A stretch of DNA of 64,000 bases, taken from the NCBI GenBank assembly GCA_965216875.1, contig OZ244207.1, forward strand, positions 4,736,001 to 4,800,000, given 5' to 3'. Below the pieces are notes generated by a model. That model searched no databases. It saw only the letters and a list, made by a program, of their open reading frames with translations, and was not told the DNA's origin. The first letter of the stretch is position 1. The number at the start of each line of letters is the position of its first letter. Origin of the DNA: Rubripirellula sp. (GTDB lineage Bacteria; Planctomycetota; Planctomycetia; Pirellulales; Pirellulaceae). Position numbers and translations under genes: made by a program. This document shows positions 52,485-62,613 of this stretch, in pieces.

Positions 52485-52660
52485 GTCATGCTCCGCATGA
52501 CAAAACAACTCTCTGTCATGCGGAGCATGACCTACTGCTTGCGACCAAACATCACAATGTGATGCGGAGCATGACCTACATGTCTAGAATACGCGTGGTT
52601 CTTGATTTTCAAACTCTTTTCAGCGGCTGCGTATTACCCAATCGTCATGCGGAGCGTGAC
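52481..52660. repeat. REPIN (52481-52535) plus two further REP-A copies (52559-52579, 52644-52660) downstream of RAYT
   Basis: Perfect inverted doublet followed by progressively more degenerate copies. Confidence 0.93.
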
Positions 52661-52685
52661 GCCGAATCTGCAATGAGGTCTGCAA

Positions 52686-54527
52686 TTGGAAACGACGGAT
52701 GAGATTGTTGGGCGGCTTCGCCAACACCCAACATCCAGCGGATTGGATGAACATTCACTAAAGCTCATTGCCTCGCGCGCCGAGATCGTCAACGTCGATG
52801 CTGGCGAGCTGCTTCACCGCTCGGGCGAGTCAGTCGACCGAATTCTGTTGATCGACTCCGGGCGACTTCGATTGGAAGTGGTGGTCGGCGAAACGAACAC
52901 GCCCGTCTCCTATTTGTCTGCAGAGCAGCAGTTCGGACTGCTCAGCGTTTTCAAAGACTTTGCTGCGCCCGTCGACCTGGTGGCTGACACTCCATCGACC
53001 GTGTTGGCAATTTCTCGCACCGACGTGCGAGCACTCAGCGACCGATTGCCGCTATGGCGACGCAACCTGGTGCACGCGCTCGGTCTTAATGCCCAGGCCT
53101 TGCTTCCGAGTGGTACAAGTTCCCGGAAGACACATCGAACGTCGGCACTGATTCACTTTCGCCCTCAAACAAGGATCATCACGAGGGAACTCGCACGGCG
53201 TCTTGGCACATCGGGAACCGCCGTCGTTCTCTACACCGATGAGCCGGCAAGTATCGAGTTCCCCAGTGACCATGTGACCGTCAAGTCGATCGCCAGCTCG
53301 AGTGAAATCTGCCTGGCGATCAGTAACATCAAGGCGCAACAGAACCAATCCGATCCTACTCACGTGATCTTCGCCCTGAGCGTCGACTCCGCCTCCGTCG
53401 CATTGGATCCATTGTTGGACGTTTGCGACCGAGCCTATGCTCTGGCGCAACCCAATCACACCTCCACCTCCGAGGATTGGTTTCGCCATATCCGCGATGC
53501 TCGACAGAACACCCAAAACGTGCGGCGTGTCTTGTGTTTGAGCGCTGAGGAATCAGTCGCACCACTGGAACCGAACAGGTCGGCAGAGTCGATCGAGGAG
53601 ATCAAGGTTCACCTGCCAGAACAGGGCGCATCGGAAAGGTTGGTTCAGCTTGGAATCTCCCGACTGTTGCACGATGCATGTGGTGTCCGGCTTGGGATTG
53701 CACTTGGTGGTGGCGCAGCGCGAGGAATGGCGCATCTGGGAGTGCTGCAGACCTTGGAAGAGGCAGGTATTTTCTGTGATGCGATTGCCGGAACAAGTGT
53801 TGGGGCGATGGTTGGCATTGTGCACGCTGGTGGCATCGCCCCCGAAGCTGCAGCTCGTTGTTTCGCCAACGACCTGACCCCCTCGCCGATCGAGCAAAAG
53901 ATCCCCGGCGGAGACGGACTGTACCTGTTGAGGAAGTACCGCACACAGGGCTGGGACTCGATGCTGCGCGTCTATTTGCACGATTGGTGTCTCGAACAGC
54001 TTCCCATTCCCGTCACGAGTGTTTCCGTCGATCTGGTCTCCGGTCAGCAGGTCCATGCGTGTGCTGGGGACGCCGTCCATGCGATTCTGGACAGCATCAA
54101 CTTGCCCGGCCTCAGTCCACCCATTTGTCGCGACGGAAAGGCCTTGGTCGATGGTGGCGTCCTCAACGTCCTGCCCGCCGATGTGCTCGTCCAAAACTAC
54201 AAATGCGACTATGTCATTGCAGTCGACGTTGGTTCAAAACTTTCGGAAGAGTTTGTGGGCAATCGGCCAGACACCGCAACCAGTGAGATGAACACACCGG
54301 GAATCTTCCAAACTTTGATGCGTTCCATGAACGTCCAGAACCGCGACCTTCGAAACATTCGTTCGTGCGTTTCGGACATCACGATCGAACCGCACGTCGA
54401 AAACACCGACGCCGAGGATTTCAAACACGCCGTCGAAATCGCGGCAATCGGAAGAGAAGCCGCCAACGAGATGCTGCCATCACTGCGAGAACAACTCAGC
54501 CGGATCCATCCAGCTCTGCTCCTGTAG
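52686..54527 (+). CDS. Cyclic-nucleotide-binding domain + patatin-like phospholipase (NTE/RssA family)
   Basis: cNMP-like N-terminus (AGELLHRSGE...SGRL...FG); LGGGAARG, GTSVG, DGG; TTG start uncertain. Confidence 0.88.
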   Translation: METTDEIVGRLRQHPTSSGLDEHSLKLIASRAEIVNVDAGELLHRSGESVDRILLIDSGRLRLEVVVGETNTPVSYLSAEQQFGLLSVFKDFAAPVDLVADTPSTVLAISRTDVRALSDRLPLWRRNLVHALGLNAQALLPSGTSSRKTHRTSALIHFRPQTRIITRELARRLGTSGTAVVLYTDEPASIEFPSDHVTVKSIASSSEICLAISNIKAQQNQSDPTHVIFALSVDSASVALDPLLDVCDRAYALAQPNHTSTSEDWFRHIRDARQNTQNVRRVLCLSAEESVAPLEPNRSAESIEEIKVHLPEQGASERLVQLGISRLLHDACGVRLGIALGGGAARGMAHLGVLQTLEEAGIFCDAIAGTSVGAMVGIVHAGGIAPEAAARCFANDLTPSPIEQKIPGGDGLYLLRKYRTQGWDSMLRVYLHDWCLEQLPIPVTSVSVDLVSGQQVHACAGDAVHAILDSINLPGLSPPICRDGKALVDGGVLNVLPADVLVQNYKCDYVIAVDVGSKLSEEFVGNRPDTATSEMNTPGIFQTLMRSMNVQNRDLRNIRSCVSDITIEPHVENTDAEDFKHAVEIAAIGREAANEMLPSLREQLSRIHPALLL

Positions 54528-54576
54528 GTCATGCTCCGCATGACATCTTGTGGCTGTCATGCACAGCATGACCTAC
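54524..54576. repeat. REPIN (inverted REP-A doublet) between convergent genes
   Basis: GTAGGTCATGCTCCGCATGACA...TGTCATGCACAGCATGACCTAC. Confidence 0.93.
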
Positions 54577-54579
54577 TCT

Positions 54580-55257
54580 CTAATCTCGCGAACCCATGTA
54601 TCGCATGACGTAGTAGAGCAAGGTCATGATCGCTTGCAGGGTAGCGGCGACATAGGTGAGTGCGGCTGCATTGAGCACTTTGGCGACATAGGGTGCCTCG
54701 TTGTCAGCAACGATCCCATGCTCAACCAAGTGGCGTTTTGCACGCGCACTTGCATCAAACTCGACCGGCAGATTCACGACCTGAAAGAAGACAACTGCGG
54801 CAAACAGGATGATGCCGATCAACAACAAGGGTTGCAGATGGAAGATGACACCGAACATCGCCATCGTCAGCCCAATGCCGCTACCAAAGTTGGCCGCAGG
54901 AACAGCCAAATTGCGAATTTGAAGCGGTGCATAGTTCTTGGCGTGTTGAAATGCGTGCCCCGCTTCATGACACGCAACACCAAGAGCCGACAACGATCGG
55001 CCGTTGTAAACATCGGGGCTTAGCCGAAGCACACGATGACGTGGATCGTAGTGGTCTCCCAAGTGACCTTGGATCGGCTCGACACCGACGTCATAGAGCC
55101 CTTCCGAGTCGAGCATTTCACGGGCTGCCTGGGCACCCGACATTCGCGCGGGCATCTCGGACATTTGGGCGAACCGTGACTTCACCTGCCATTGCGCATA
55201 AAGCCCCAGCAAAAGAGGCGGCAAGATGAAAAGGAAATAGATCGGATCGAGCAACAT
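54580..55257 (-). CDS. Membrane zinc metallopeptidase (YugP / Zn_peptidase_2 family)
   Basis: DHYDP...LRLS, HEAGHA.Q, LPVEFDASARA, VLNAAALTYVAA. Confidence 0.92.
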   Translation of the reverse strand: MLLDPIYFLFILPPLLLGLYAQWQVKSRFAQMSEMPARMSGAQAAREMLDSEGLYDVGVEPIQGHLGDHYDPRHRVLRLSPDVYNGRSLSALGVACHEAGHAFQHAKNYAPLQIRNLAVPAANFGSGIGLTMAMFGVIFHLQPLLLIGIILFAAVVFFQVVNLPVEFDASARAKRHLVEHGIVADNEAPYVAKVLNAAALTYVAATLQAIMTLLYYVMRYMGSRD

Positions 55258-55457
55258 CGTTCTTTCCTAAGTTCCGAACTTCCGAACTGCGAATCACACG
55301 CAAGCCGCAGTGCCAAAACGACAGCAATGCGTTGCGATGATTCTTACGTGCAGCAACTATGGGACCATTCGTACAGGATTCGGAAATCTTGCCGAGTCCC
55401 CTCACGGCATGCGACGCTTTGTGGGATAGCCCGCAATTTTCTGGAAATCGAAACGAC

Positions 55458-58400
55458 TCACTCGCGTGATCCAGGCGTCACTTTCAGAGAAACCGTTTTT
55501 TCCCCACGCTGGACAACGATTTCGACTTCTTCACCGATTTTCAGCGCCTCGATTGCGTAGGTGTAGTCGTAGATGTCTTCGATCTTTCGCCCTGCCAATT
55601 TCACGATGATGTCGCCGCCTTGCACCCCAGCTTCCGCTGCTGGCCCCCCCTTGGAGACTCCGCTGAGCTTGAGTCCCTTAATGTCGCCAGCCACGTAGTC
55701 AGGGATCGTGCCGAGGTAAGCGGTCAATCGAGCACGAGGTGCATCCTTTGGCTTGTCGCCTTCATCCAATTGAAACTCGGGTGCCTTGCTCGCCGTCAAC
55801 ATGCCCCGGGTAATCAAGGCAAACAGACGTGAGATCTTGGCCGCGCCTTCATAGTTCAACTTTTCAGGTGTGTCGCGCGGCGTGTGATAGTCCTCGTGTG
55901 CTCCGGTGAAGCCGGAAAGAATCGGCACGCCACGACCGACAAACGCTGACGCATCGGTCGGCAAACCGGTACTTGTTTTGTCGAGCGACAACTTGAGACC
56001 GACCGGAACGTTTCGTCGTTGAACATCCCCTTCGAAACCTGGCGAACTACCGATGCCTTGGATGACAAGACTCTCGCGCAACCGTCCCACCATGTCGAGG
56101 TTCAAGTAGGCGGCGACAGCGGGCGTCAACATTTGAGCTTGCGCCGATGCGCCGTGACCATGAGCAGCGGCGACATGGGCGTGGGGATCATCGCCTTCGC
56201 CATGCGCGTGACTGTGACCATGAGAGGCTGCCTTGGGCGCATCGGGATAGAGGTCATAAAAGGAACCAACAAAGGCTTGCGAGCCGAACAGCCCCAACTC
56301 CTCGCCACTCCATGCGGCAACCAACAGATCACGCTTGGCCTTCAGGCGTCCCGATGATTTTTCGTTGGCGATGTAGTGGGCGATTTCCATCAAGGCCGCA
56401 ACACCACTGGCGTTGTCATCGGCGCCGACGTGGATCTGATCCCGTTCATCCTCTTTGGCGAGCGAACTACTGCCGCCCCGTCCGAGGTGATCGATGTGGG
56501 CGCCAACGATCACGACCGGATTTGACGCATCAGGCTTGTCACCGGCTGGCAAACGAGCCACCACGTTGCGCCCCGTTCCCTTATTGCGTTTGATACCGAC
56601 GGTTGCGGCAGCCTTGATCTCGGCGATTTCGAAACCCATCTGCATCTCGCCGTTGTCAAAGCTCTTTTGCAACTTGCCGAGGTCTTCATCAGAAGCGTCC
56701 AACATCGTTTGGGCAACTTCGTCGGTGACCGACAGGGCACTCAGGCTGACACTCGCGTGCGACGCGCCACGGTCAAATCGGATCAACTTGTTTTTGACTT
56801 TGCTGGTGGGGCCAGTGACAAAAATGATCCCGCGGGCTCCGAGATCGCGGGCAACGGTTGCTTTGCGCCGTGGGGAACTGAAGCGAGCCATCTGCTGGCG
56901 GCGCTCGGGTGTGATGTCCTGGGGCAGGTCGCGAAACACCAGCACCCATTTGTCGAGCACGTTCAAGTGCACGTAGCTGTCGTACTCGCCTTTTCCGTCA
57001 ACGGGCGGAACTTGCAAACCATAGCCTGCAAAAACAACAGGCCCCAAATCGCTCTCGCCGTTTTGCGAAAAGGTCAGCGGTCGCCAATCTTTGTTGACTT
57101 CAAACTTCTTTTCATCCAACCGAAACTCATTCGCCTCGGTGAGCGACGATCCGGCCGGAAACTCAAACTCTTGAAAGTAGGTTCCGTTTTCGCCTGCCGG
57201 CAAGAAACCCAAACTGTCGAGGTAGGCGGCGACGTAAGCAGTCGCTCGCTTTTCGCCTTGCGTTCCGGTCAGACGGCCGCCGAGCTCGGGACGCGTCAGG
57301 TAGTCGACATGCCGTCCAACATCAGCGGGCGAAAAATCGGGAGTCGAAGCTTCCGCGGCAACCTTGGCTGCTTCGAGATCGCTCCCGCCATCGAGACCGA
57401 GCAAACGTCTTGCTTCGGCGTCGTCCCAGTTGCCCATGAAGATCTGGGAACGTTTTTGTGCCGTGCGATTCGACGTCCACGAAAGAGTCTCGCCGTCGGG
57501 CAGGAAGACAGGCAAGCCATCGAAGCCGTCGGTGTAAGTCACTCGAACCGGCTCGCCTTCACCGTCAGCGCGAACAAGATACAGCTCGAAGTTCGCGAAG
57601 CCATGTTTGTTCGTGGTGAAGATCAGGTAGTCGCCACTGGGATGAAAAAAGGGCGCCCAACTCATCGCTCCGATCCCTGTCAAACGTTTGACATCGGTGC
57701 CGTCGACCTTCATCGAATAGACTTCGGCAGTCGCTCCGTTTTCCGAAAACCTTCGCCAGCAAACGCGTTTGCCATCGGGCGAAAAGAAGGGTCCGCCGTC
57801 GTACCCTGGCACGTCGGTCAGCTGACGCACGTTGGAACCATCGGCATCCATGATAAACAAGTCGATCATGTAGGCCGGATCGATCTCGAATAGTTCGTGC
57901 TCGCGATCGCTCAGTTTGCGTCCGTAGGCATTTCGGTTTGATGCAAAGACAATCTGCTTCCCATCGGGACTGTAGCTTCCCTCGGCGTCATAGCCGCGTG
58001 CATGGGTGAGCTGTTTGTACTCTCCCGAACCCAGGTCCTTTGCATAGATCTCGTAGGTCTCGTCGTAGTCCCAAGCGTAACGGCGTTGCTTTCCCGATTC
58101 GCGGAGTGCGATTTCATCCTTTTGCTTTTGAACCGCTTCGGAATCATCCTGCGTGCTCGCAAAAAGAATACGATCGCCGTCGGGATGAATCCAAGCGCAA
58201 GTTGTCTTACCGCGTCCAGGGGAAACCTTTTCAATGTCGCCTGTTTCCAAGTCGGTGACATAGATTTGATAGAACGGATTGGCTGGGTCGCGTTCACTTT
58301 GAAACACCATCCGTTTGCCATCGGCACTAAAGTAGCCTTCGCCAGCGCGCCGACCTTCGAAAGTGATCTGGCGAGTGTTGGTGATCAGTCGCGATTCATT

Positions 58401-58529
58401 CTTTGCCGCTTCCGCTGCTGCTTCGGCGTTCTCGCCATCCGCCACGTCCTGGGCGGCGAGTTGGACCGACAGCCCAAACGATACGACGAGAGTGAATGTC
58501 GAAAGGCAAAGAATGCGTCGAAAGAACAT
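55458..58529 (-). CDS. Secreted M28 peptidase with a TolB-like (PD40) propeller, PA and PDZ domains
   Basis: Repeated FSPDG/YSPDG; GAHIDHLG, GADDNASG, SGEELGL, NLDMVG, YHTP; C-terminal YLGTIPDY...GPAAEAG PDZ. Confidence 0.92.
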   Translation of the reverse strand: MFFRRILCLSTFTLVVSFGLSVQLAAQDVADGENAEAAAEAAKNESRLITNTRQITFEGRRAGEGYFSADGKRMVFQSERDPANPFYQIYVTDLETGDIEKVSPGRGKTTCAWIHPDGDRILFASTQDDSEAVQKQKDEIALRESGKQRRYAWDYDETYEIYAKDLGSGEYKQLTHARGYDAEGSYSPDGKQIVFASNRNAYGRKLSDREHELFEIDPAYMIDLFIMDADGSNVRQLTDVPGYDGGPFFSPDGKRVCWRRFSENGATAEVYSMKVDGTDVKRLTGIGAMSWAPFFHPSGDYLIFTTNKHGFANFELYLVRADGEGEPVRVTYTDGFDGLPVFLPDGETLSWTSNRTAQKRSQIFMGNWDDAEARRLLGLDGGSDLEAAKVAAEASTPDFSPADVGRHVDYLTRPELGGRLTGTQGEKRATAYVAAYLDSLGFLPAGENGTYFQEFEFPAGSSLTEANEFRLDEKKFEVNKDWRPLTFSQNGESDLGPVVFAGYGLQVPPVDGKGEYDSYVHLNVLDKWVLVFRDLPQDITPERRQQMARFSSPRRKATVARDLGARGIIFVTGPTSKVKNKLIRFDRGASHASVSLSALSVTDEVAQTMLDASDEDLGKLQKSFDNGEMQMGFEIAEIKAAATVGIKRNKGTGRNVVARLPAGDKPDASNPVVIVGAHIDHLGRGGSSSLAKEDERDQIHVGADDNASGVAALMEIAHYIANEKSSGRLKAKRDLLVAAWSGEELGLFGSQAFVGSFYDLYPDAPKAASHGHSHAHGEGDDPHAHVAAAHGHGASAQAQMLTPAVAAYLNLDMVGRLRESLVIQGIGSSPGFEGDVQRRNVPVGLKLSLDKTSTGLPTDASAFVGRGVPILSGFTGAHEDYHTPRDTPEKLNYEGAAKISRLFALITRGMLTASKAPEFQLDEGDKPKDAPRARLTAYLGTIPDYVAGDIKGLKLSGVSKGGPAAEAGVQGGDIIVKLAGRKIEDIYDYTYAIEALKIGEEVEIVVQRGEKTVSLKVTPGSRE

Positions 58530-58588
58530 GTTGGATCCGTCGGTTTTGGGAGGCAGGCGATCCGGCGAGGCAGACCGTACTGCGAATT

Positions 58589-58996
58589 CTAACGAATATT
58601 GCCTGTTCCCAAACCCTGCGCACCGCGAAGGCAGATGAGCCCTTCGCTCCATTGATCGAACTGGCGATTGCGGTGGCCGGCCAAATCAAAGACACGCACA
58701 TCGCTTCGGTTCTTACGCACGTCCTCGCGCACGAGCCCGTATAGATCGCGGTACTCGGCCGGTGCATCGGGCTGGTCGTCGGAGCCGTCTGGCGGCGTCA
58801 CTCGGACAGTGGCTTCAAAACGATAGACCTGCAACCAACCTGGACGTTGCACTGCAACCAAACGGACGTTTTTTAGCTGTGCCGTGTTGCCGTAGTAACC
58901 TTCCTTGGTGAGGTGTTTTCGGATCGCCAGCTCCATCTCGCGATCACCACACCAATCGTTCCAACGCTGAGCCAGATTCTTGAGGAAGCCAAACAT
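58589..58996 (-). CDS. Hypothetical protein
   Basis: Fills the gap between two minus-strand genes; protein-like VRLVAVQRPGWLQVYRF segment. Confidence 0.6.
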   Translation of the reverse strand: MFGFLKNLAQRWNDWCGDREMELAIRKHLTKEGYYGNTAQLKNVRLVAVQRPGWLQVYRFEATVRVTPPDGSDDQPDAPAEYRDLYGLVREDVRKNRSDVRVFDLAGHRNRQFDQWSEGLICLRGAQGLGTGNIR

Positions 58997-59099
58997 GGTT
59001 TGAAGCGACCGGCAAACGTGTCGCTCGAGAATCGAGGTGCGGCAGCCTTTTGCGTGCCTGATCTTTCTGGGCGACACATCGTCGCCACCCGTCAGATCA

Positions 59100-60137
59100 T
59101 TATTGGCCGGCAGGCAAGTCGAAGTCACCCGTCACATCGCGCCAAACGCAATGGATGTGGTTGGCGGGGTTGCCCTTGGCGTCGGGCTGGGTGTTGACGA
59201 ACTCGATCAGGAACGACTTCCCGCGAACACGGTAGTAGTGACCGATCTCTGGCTTCGTGGCTCCAGCCCAGGCAAAGTGAATGTTGTCCCAACCATCGCG
59301 ATCGATCACAGCACGACGCTCATCGGCAACCTTGTCAGGCACGGCATCGATGTAAACGTTGATCAACTTGCGAAGCTCGCCACGTTGCTTGCCGGTCAAA
59401 TCGGTTTGCGAGATCCCTTCCGGCTTGCCAACCTTCACCTGAGCTTCACCAGCAAAGCGAATCTCCTTCGGTGCCTCTTCGGCGATCATTGCTTTGTCAA
59501 GTTGCGATTCGCTTAGCGAGTTGACCAAGTCGAAAGCCAGCTGCTCCTCTTGTCGCAAAACGCGTGTGCCTTTGCCGACAGGGCCTTCGGCATCATTCAT
59601 GATCGTTGCTGGGTTGGCAGCAAAGAATTGCGGTGTGCTATCAACCACCACACCGCCATTGCAAACGAAGTTCAGCGAAACGTGGTGGCCTTCGAAGCTA
59701 AGTCCCCACGCGCCCGAGTTGGTCGGTTGGCCAAAAATCGTGACGTAGTACTTTTCGGGGTCTCGAGCCCAGCGGCGACCTTCACCCTCGAATTGTCGAA
59801 GCACACCTTCGAGAGCCATGATTTTGCTGGTCTTGTCGTAGCCCGCTTCACTGAGCGCCGCTCGCACCAATCGCAATGCGGCGGTGCGCTGGGCCGTGTT
59901 CATGTCACTGAGCACGAGTCCCTTGCGGGTGTCCATCGGAATGAAGTGCCACTGAACCCGCTTCGGTGTGTCGTAAGGAAGGACGGCCCGCGCCTTTTGG
60001 TCGTCATCAAGCGTGCTTAGAAACGCGTCGGCAAACGTCTTCATCTCGACTGCGGGTGGGTCGCCCACCTTCCATCCGGCGACGGCAATAACCACGAGAG
60101 CGAGACAACCGAGGAGTGCAGGGCGAGCGAAACGCAT
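59100..60137 (-). CDS. DUF3500 domain protein (exported)
   Basis: WHFIP, LSEAGY.K, YYVTIFG.P, FEGHHVSLN, HYYRV, NHIHCVWRD. Confidence 0.88.
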   Translation of the reverse strand: MRFARPALLGCLALVVIAVAGWKVGDPPAVEMKTFADAFLSTLDDDQKARAVLPYDTPKRVQWHFIPMDTRKGLVLSDMNTAQRTAALRLVRAALSEAGYDKTSKIMALEGVLRQFEGEGRRWARDPEKYYVTIFGQPTNSGAWGLSFEGHHVSLNFVCNGGVVVDSTPQFFAANPATIMNDAEGPVGKGTRVLRQEEQLAFDLVNSLSESQLDKAMIAEEAPKEIRFAGEAQVKVGKPEGISQTDLTGKQRGELRKLINVYIDAVPDKVADERRAVIDRDGWDNIHFAWAGATKPEIGHYYRVRGKSFLIEFVNTQPDAKGNPANHIHCVWRDVTGDFDLPAGQ

Positions 60138-60570
60138 TGAGAGACTTTCTGGCAGCTGGGTGGGGCAAGCGGGGTAGGACAACGAGATAGTGTAGTTGAG
60201 CATGATCCCCGAGGGGACTGGGCTTGAGATCCGACGGGGCGGGCCCCGGATTGCTGGGACAAGCATTGGGTCAAAATCGGCGACCGAGTGGTAATCTCGC
60301 ACAATCTTCATAAATCGGCACGCGAGAGAGTCTGGCCTGTGAATCCCGCGAGTTAACACCGCCACGGTTGTCAGCGGCCCATGCCGAAGCGCGTGCGCGG
60401 CGATCCGATTGAGCCGCGCAGATTGTGTTTGCGCTGCCAACTGATACTCTGATCGCTCACTGGATTCGTTACTGATTCTTGCTCTCTTGCTCGCCAGTCA
60501 ACTTAGAGGACATACCCCAACAGCAAATTGCGGCCCAGCAGCAAATGGTGGCCCAGCGGCGGAAGGTGGA

Positions 60571-62331
60571 ATGAACGAGGAACGGATCTGCTCACTCGCA
60601 TTGGAACACCCGACGCCCCAACGTCGTGCGAGGTTTCTCGACCGCGTTTGCGGCGAGGACTTGAACCTGCGCTCGCGTGTCGAAGCATTGTTGGCCGCCC
60701 ACCAGGTTGGCGACGAGCTCGACGAATTGGTTGAAGCCGCAGAACAGGTTGATGTCGAATACCGGGCGGACGATACCGTTGGCCAAAGCTCGCCCGATGA
60801 CAGCCTCGCCCCCGATCTTATGCAGGTAGGCGACTCCTCGCTTGGAGACGAGCTGACTGGTGGAAGCCATCTCTCTCATCTTTCTGCCGTCAAATCGCCG
60901 AAGACGGCACAGAGCGAACTGTGGACACTCTTGCTCAAGGTGAACGATGTCTCTCGCCTTGGGTTGACGCTTGGCGACTACGAGTTGGTCAAAGTCCTTG
61001 GCCGCGGCGGAATGGGGCTTGTCCTGCAGGCTGTCGATTCGAAGCTCAACCGCAATGTCGCCTTGAAAGTGCTCTCGCCTAGCCTGCTCACCCATTCGAC
61101 CGCTTGCAAACGATTTGTCCGCGAAGCGAAAGCGGTCGCAGCAATCAGCCATGACAACGTGGTCAGCATTCACGCAATCAACGAAAACGCTCTGCCGCCG
61201 ATGATCGTGATGGAGTTCGTCGACGGCGTTTCGCTTGAACAAGAGATCAAACAAAGCCGCGGCAGTTTGAGTGTCCAACGAATCGTCGACATCGCCACCC
61301 AAATTGCAGCAGGACTGGCTGCTGCCCACGAGCGAGGGCTGATCCATCGCGACATCAAACCATCGAACATTTTGATTCAACAAGCAACCGAACGCATCAA
61401 ACTGACTGACTTCGGTTTGGCTCGTGCGGTTGACGATGTCAGCCTGACCAAGACGGGGCAAGTGTTTGGAACGCCGCTCTACATGTCTCCAGAGCAGAGC
61501 CGCGGCCAACGGGTGGATCATCGCACGGACCTATTCAGTCTTGGCGGTGTGATGTATGCCATGTGCACGGGCAAGGCAGCGTTTCGCGCCGACTCCGCGG
61601 TCGCCGTCATCCACCGAGTGATTCACGATGACCCAAGAGCCGTCGAAGACATCAATCCAGACATTCCTATCTGGTTGTCTGCTGTTATTGACAAACTCCT
61701 CGAAAAAGATCCCAACGAACGCTTCGCGTCGGCCGAAGAGGTACTCGAGCAGTTGCAATCGTTTCGACGGTACTTGGCCGCTCCCGATCAAATGCCTCGA
61801 CCGATTCCAGTCGCGACGAGTCGTCGAGATGGCCCGGAACTTGAACGGCATATCCGTCGCAACTGCAACTACGTTGGATTAGTCGGAGGCCTCTCCATTG
61901 TTTGGGGTGTGCTTGGGTTGGTCACCCTTCAACCGGCTTTGAACGCCCTGTTCATCAGCCTCTACTTGTCAACCATCAGCGGGATCCTTGGGCTCTTTGG
62001 TGCCTACCAAATGCTCAAACGTACATCGCATAAATCGGTGGTGATTGGAACAGCCGCACTGTTGCTTCCCGCGAACCCGTTTTCGTTGTTGGGAATTTGG
62101 AAGACGTACAAGATCTTGCGTAAGTTCTCGAGCGACGAGATCAAGAAGACGTTCAAGCCGCAAACTTGGCTCGAGATGCTCAAGTTGCCAGCCGCGTTCT
62201 TGTTCGCGACAGCGTCACTTTACATCTTGGGGATGGTCATCCTTACTATGATGTCGCAGCGCACCGACGTGTCACGGATTCGCACCATTGAAAACGATGG
62301 CAACACTACGATCATCTACCTGGATCGTTAA
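60571..62331 (+). CDS. Membrane-anchored Ser/Thr protein kinase
   Basis: LGRGGMG, VALK, HRDIKPSN, DFG, GTPLYMSPEQ; C-terminal TM helices; planctomycete-type N-terminus (FLDRVCGED..LRSRVEALL). Confidence 0.93.
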   Translation: MNEERICSLALEHPTPQRRARFLDRVCGEDLNLRSRVEALLAAHQVGDELDELVEAAEQVDVEYRADDTVGQSSPDDSLAPDLMQVGDSSLGDELTGGSHLSHLSAVKSPKTAQSELWTLLLKVNDVSRLGLTLGDYELVKVLGRGGMGLVLQAVDSKLNRNVALKVLSPSLLTHSTACKRFVREAKAVAAISHDNVVSIHAINENALPPMIVMEFVDGVSLEQEIKQSRGSLSVQRIVDIATQIAAGLAAAHERGLIHRDIKPSNILIQQATERIKLTDFGLARAVDDVSLTKTGQVFGTPLYMSPEQSRGQRVDHRTDLFSLGGVMYAMCTGKAAFRADSAVAVIHRVIHDDPRAVEDINPDIPIWLSAVIDKLLEKDPNERFASAEEVLEQLQSFRRYLAAPDQMPRPIPVATSRRDGPELERHIRRNCNYVGLVGGLSIVWGVLGLVTLQPALNALFISLYLSTISGILGLFGAYQMLKRTSHKSVVIGTAALLLPANPFSLLGIWKTYKILRKFSSDEIKKTFKPQTWLEMLKLPAAFLFATASLYILGMVILTMMSQRTDVSRIRTIENDGNTTIIYLDR

Positions 62332-62480
62332 CGGTGAGACGTTCCGCGTCCTCTTCGCAGGCCAACGTCCGCATGACGGGCTTGCTTGTTAAGTGTCACG
62401 GTCGACCGCTTACGCAATCCCGGCTCACATTGAGCGGCATGACGCTAGCCGCCGGCATTTCATCACCGCAACCTTGAAAC

Positions 62481-62567
62481 GCCCGACGCTAGCGTGTTCG
62501 GCTCACGGGCGAGGACACGACGCGGAGCGTCCGAAGAGTGCGTTACCACGGGGACCGTGGTAACGAG
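62481..62567. repeat. REP-B (62481-62506) plus REP-G (62519-62567)
   Basis: Both match units elsewhere in the window. Confidence 0.82.
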
Positions 62568-62613
62568 GGTTGTGGAACGACGAACCTGGACTTAGAGCAG
62601 CTGAATGCCGAGC

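Noticed and set aside
60521..60556. Imperfect 18-bp tandem repeat upstream of the kinase; also a 15-bp tandem at 6237-6266
   Set aside because: Only two imperfect copies each, most simply explained as local slippage duplications.
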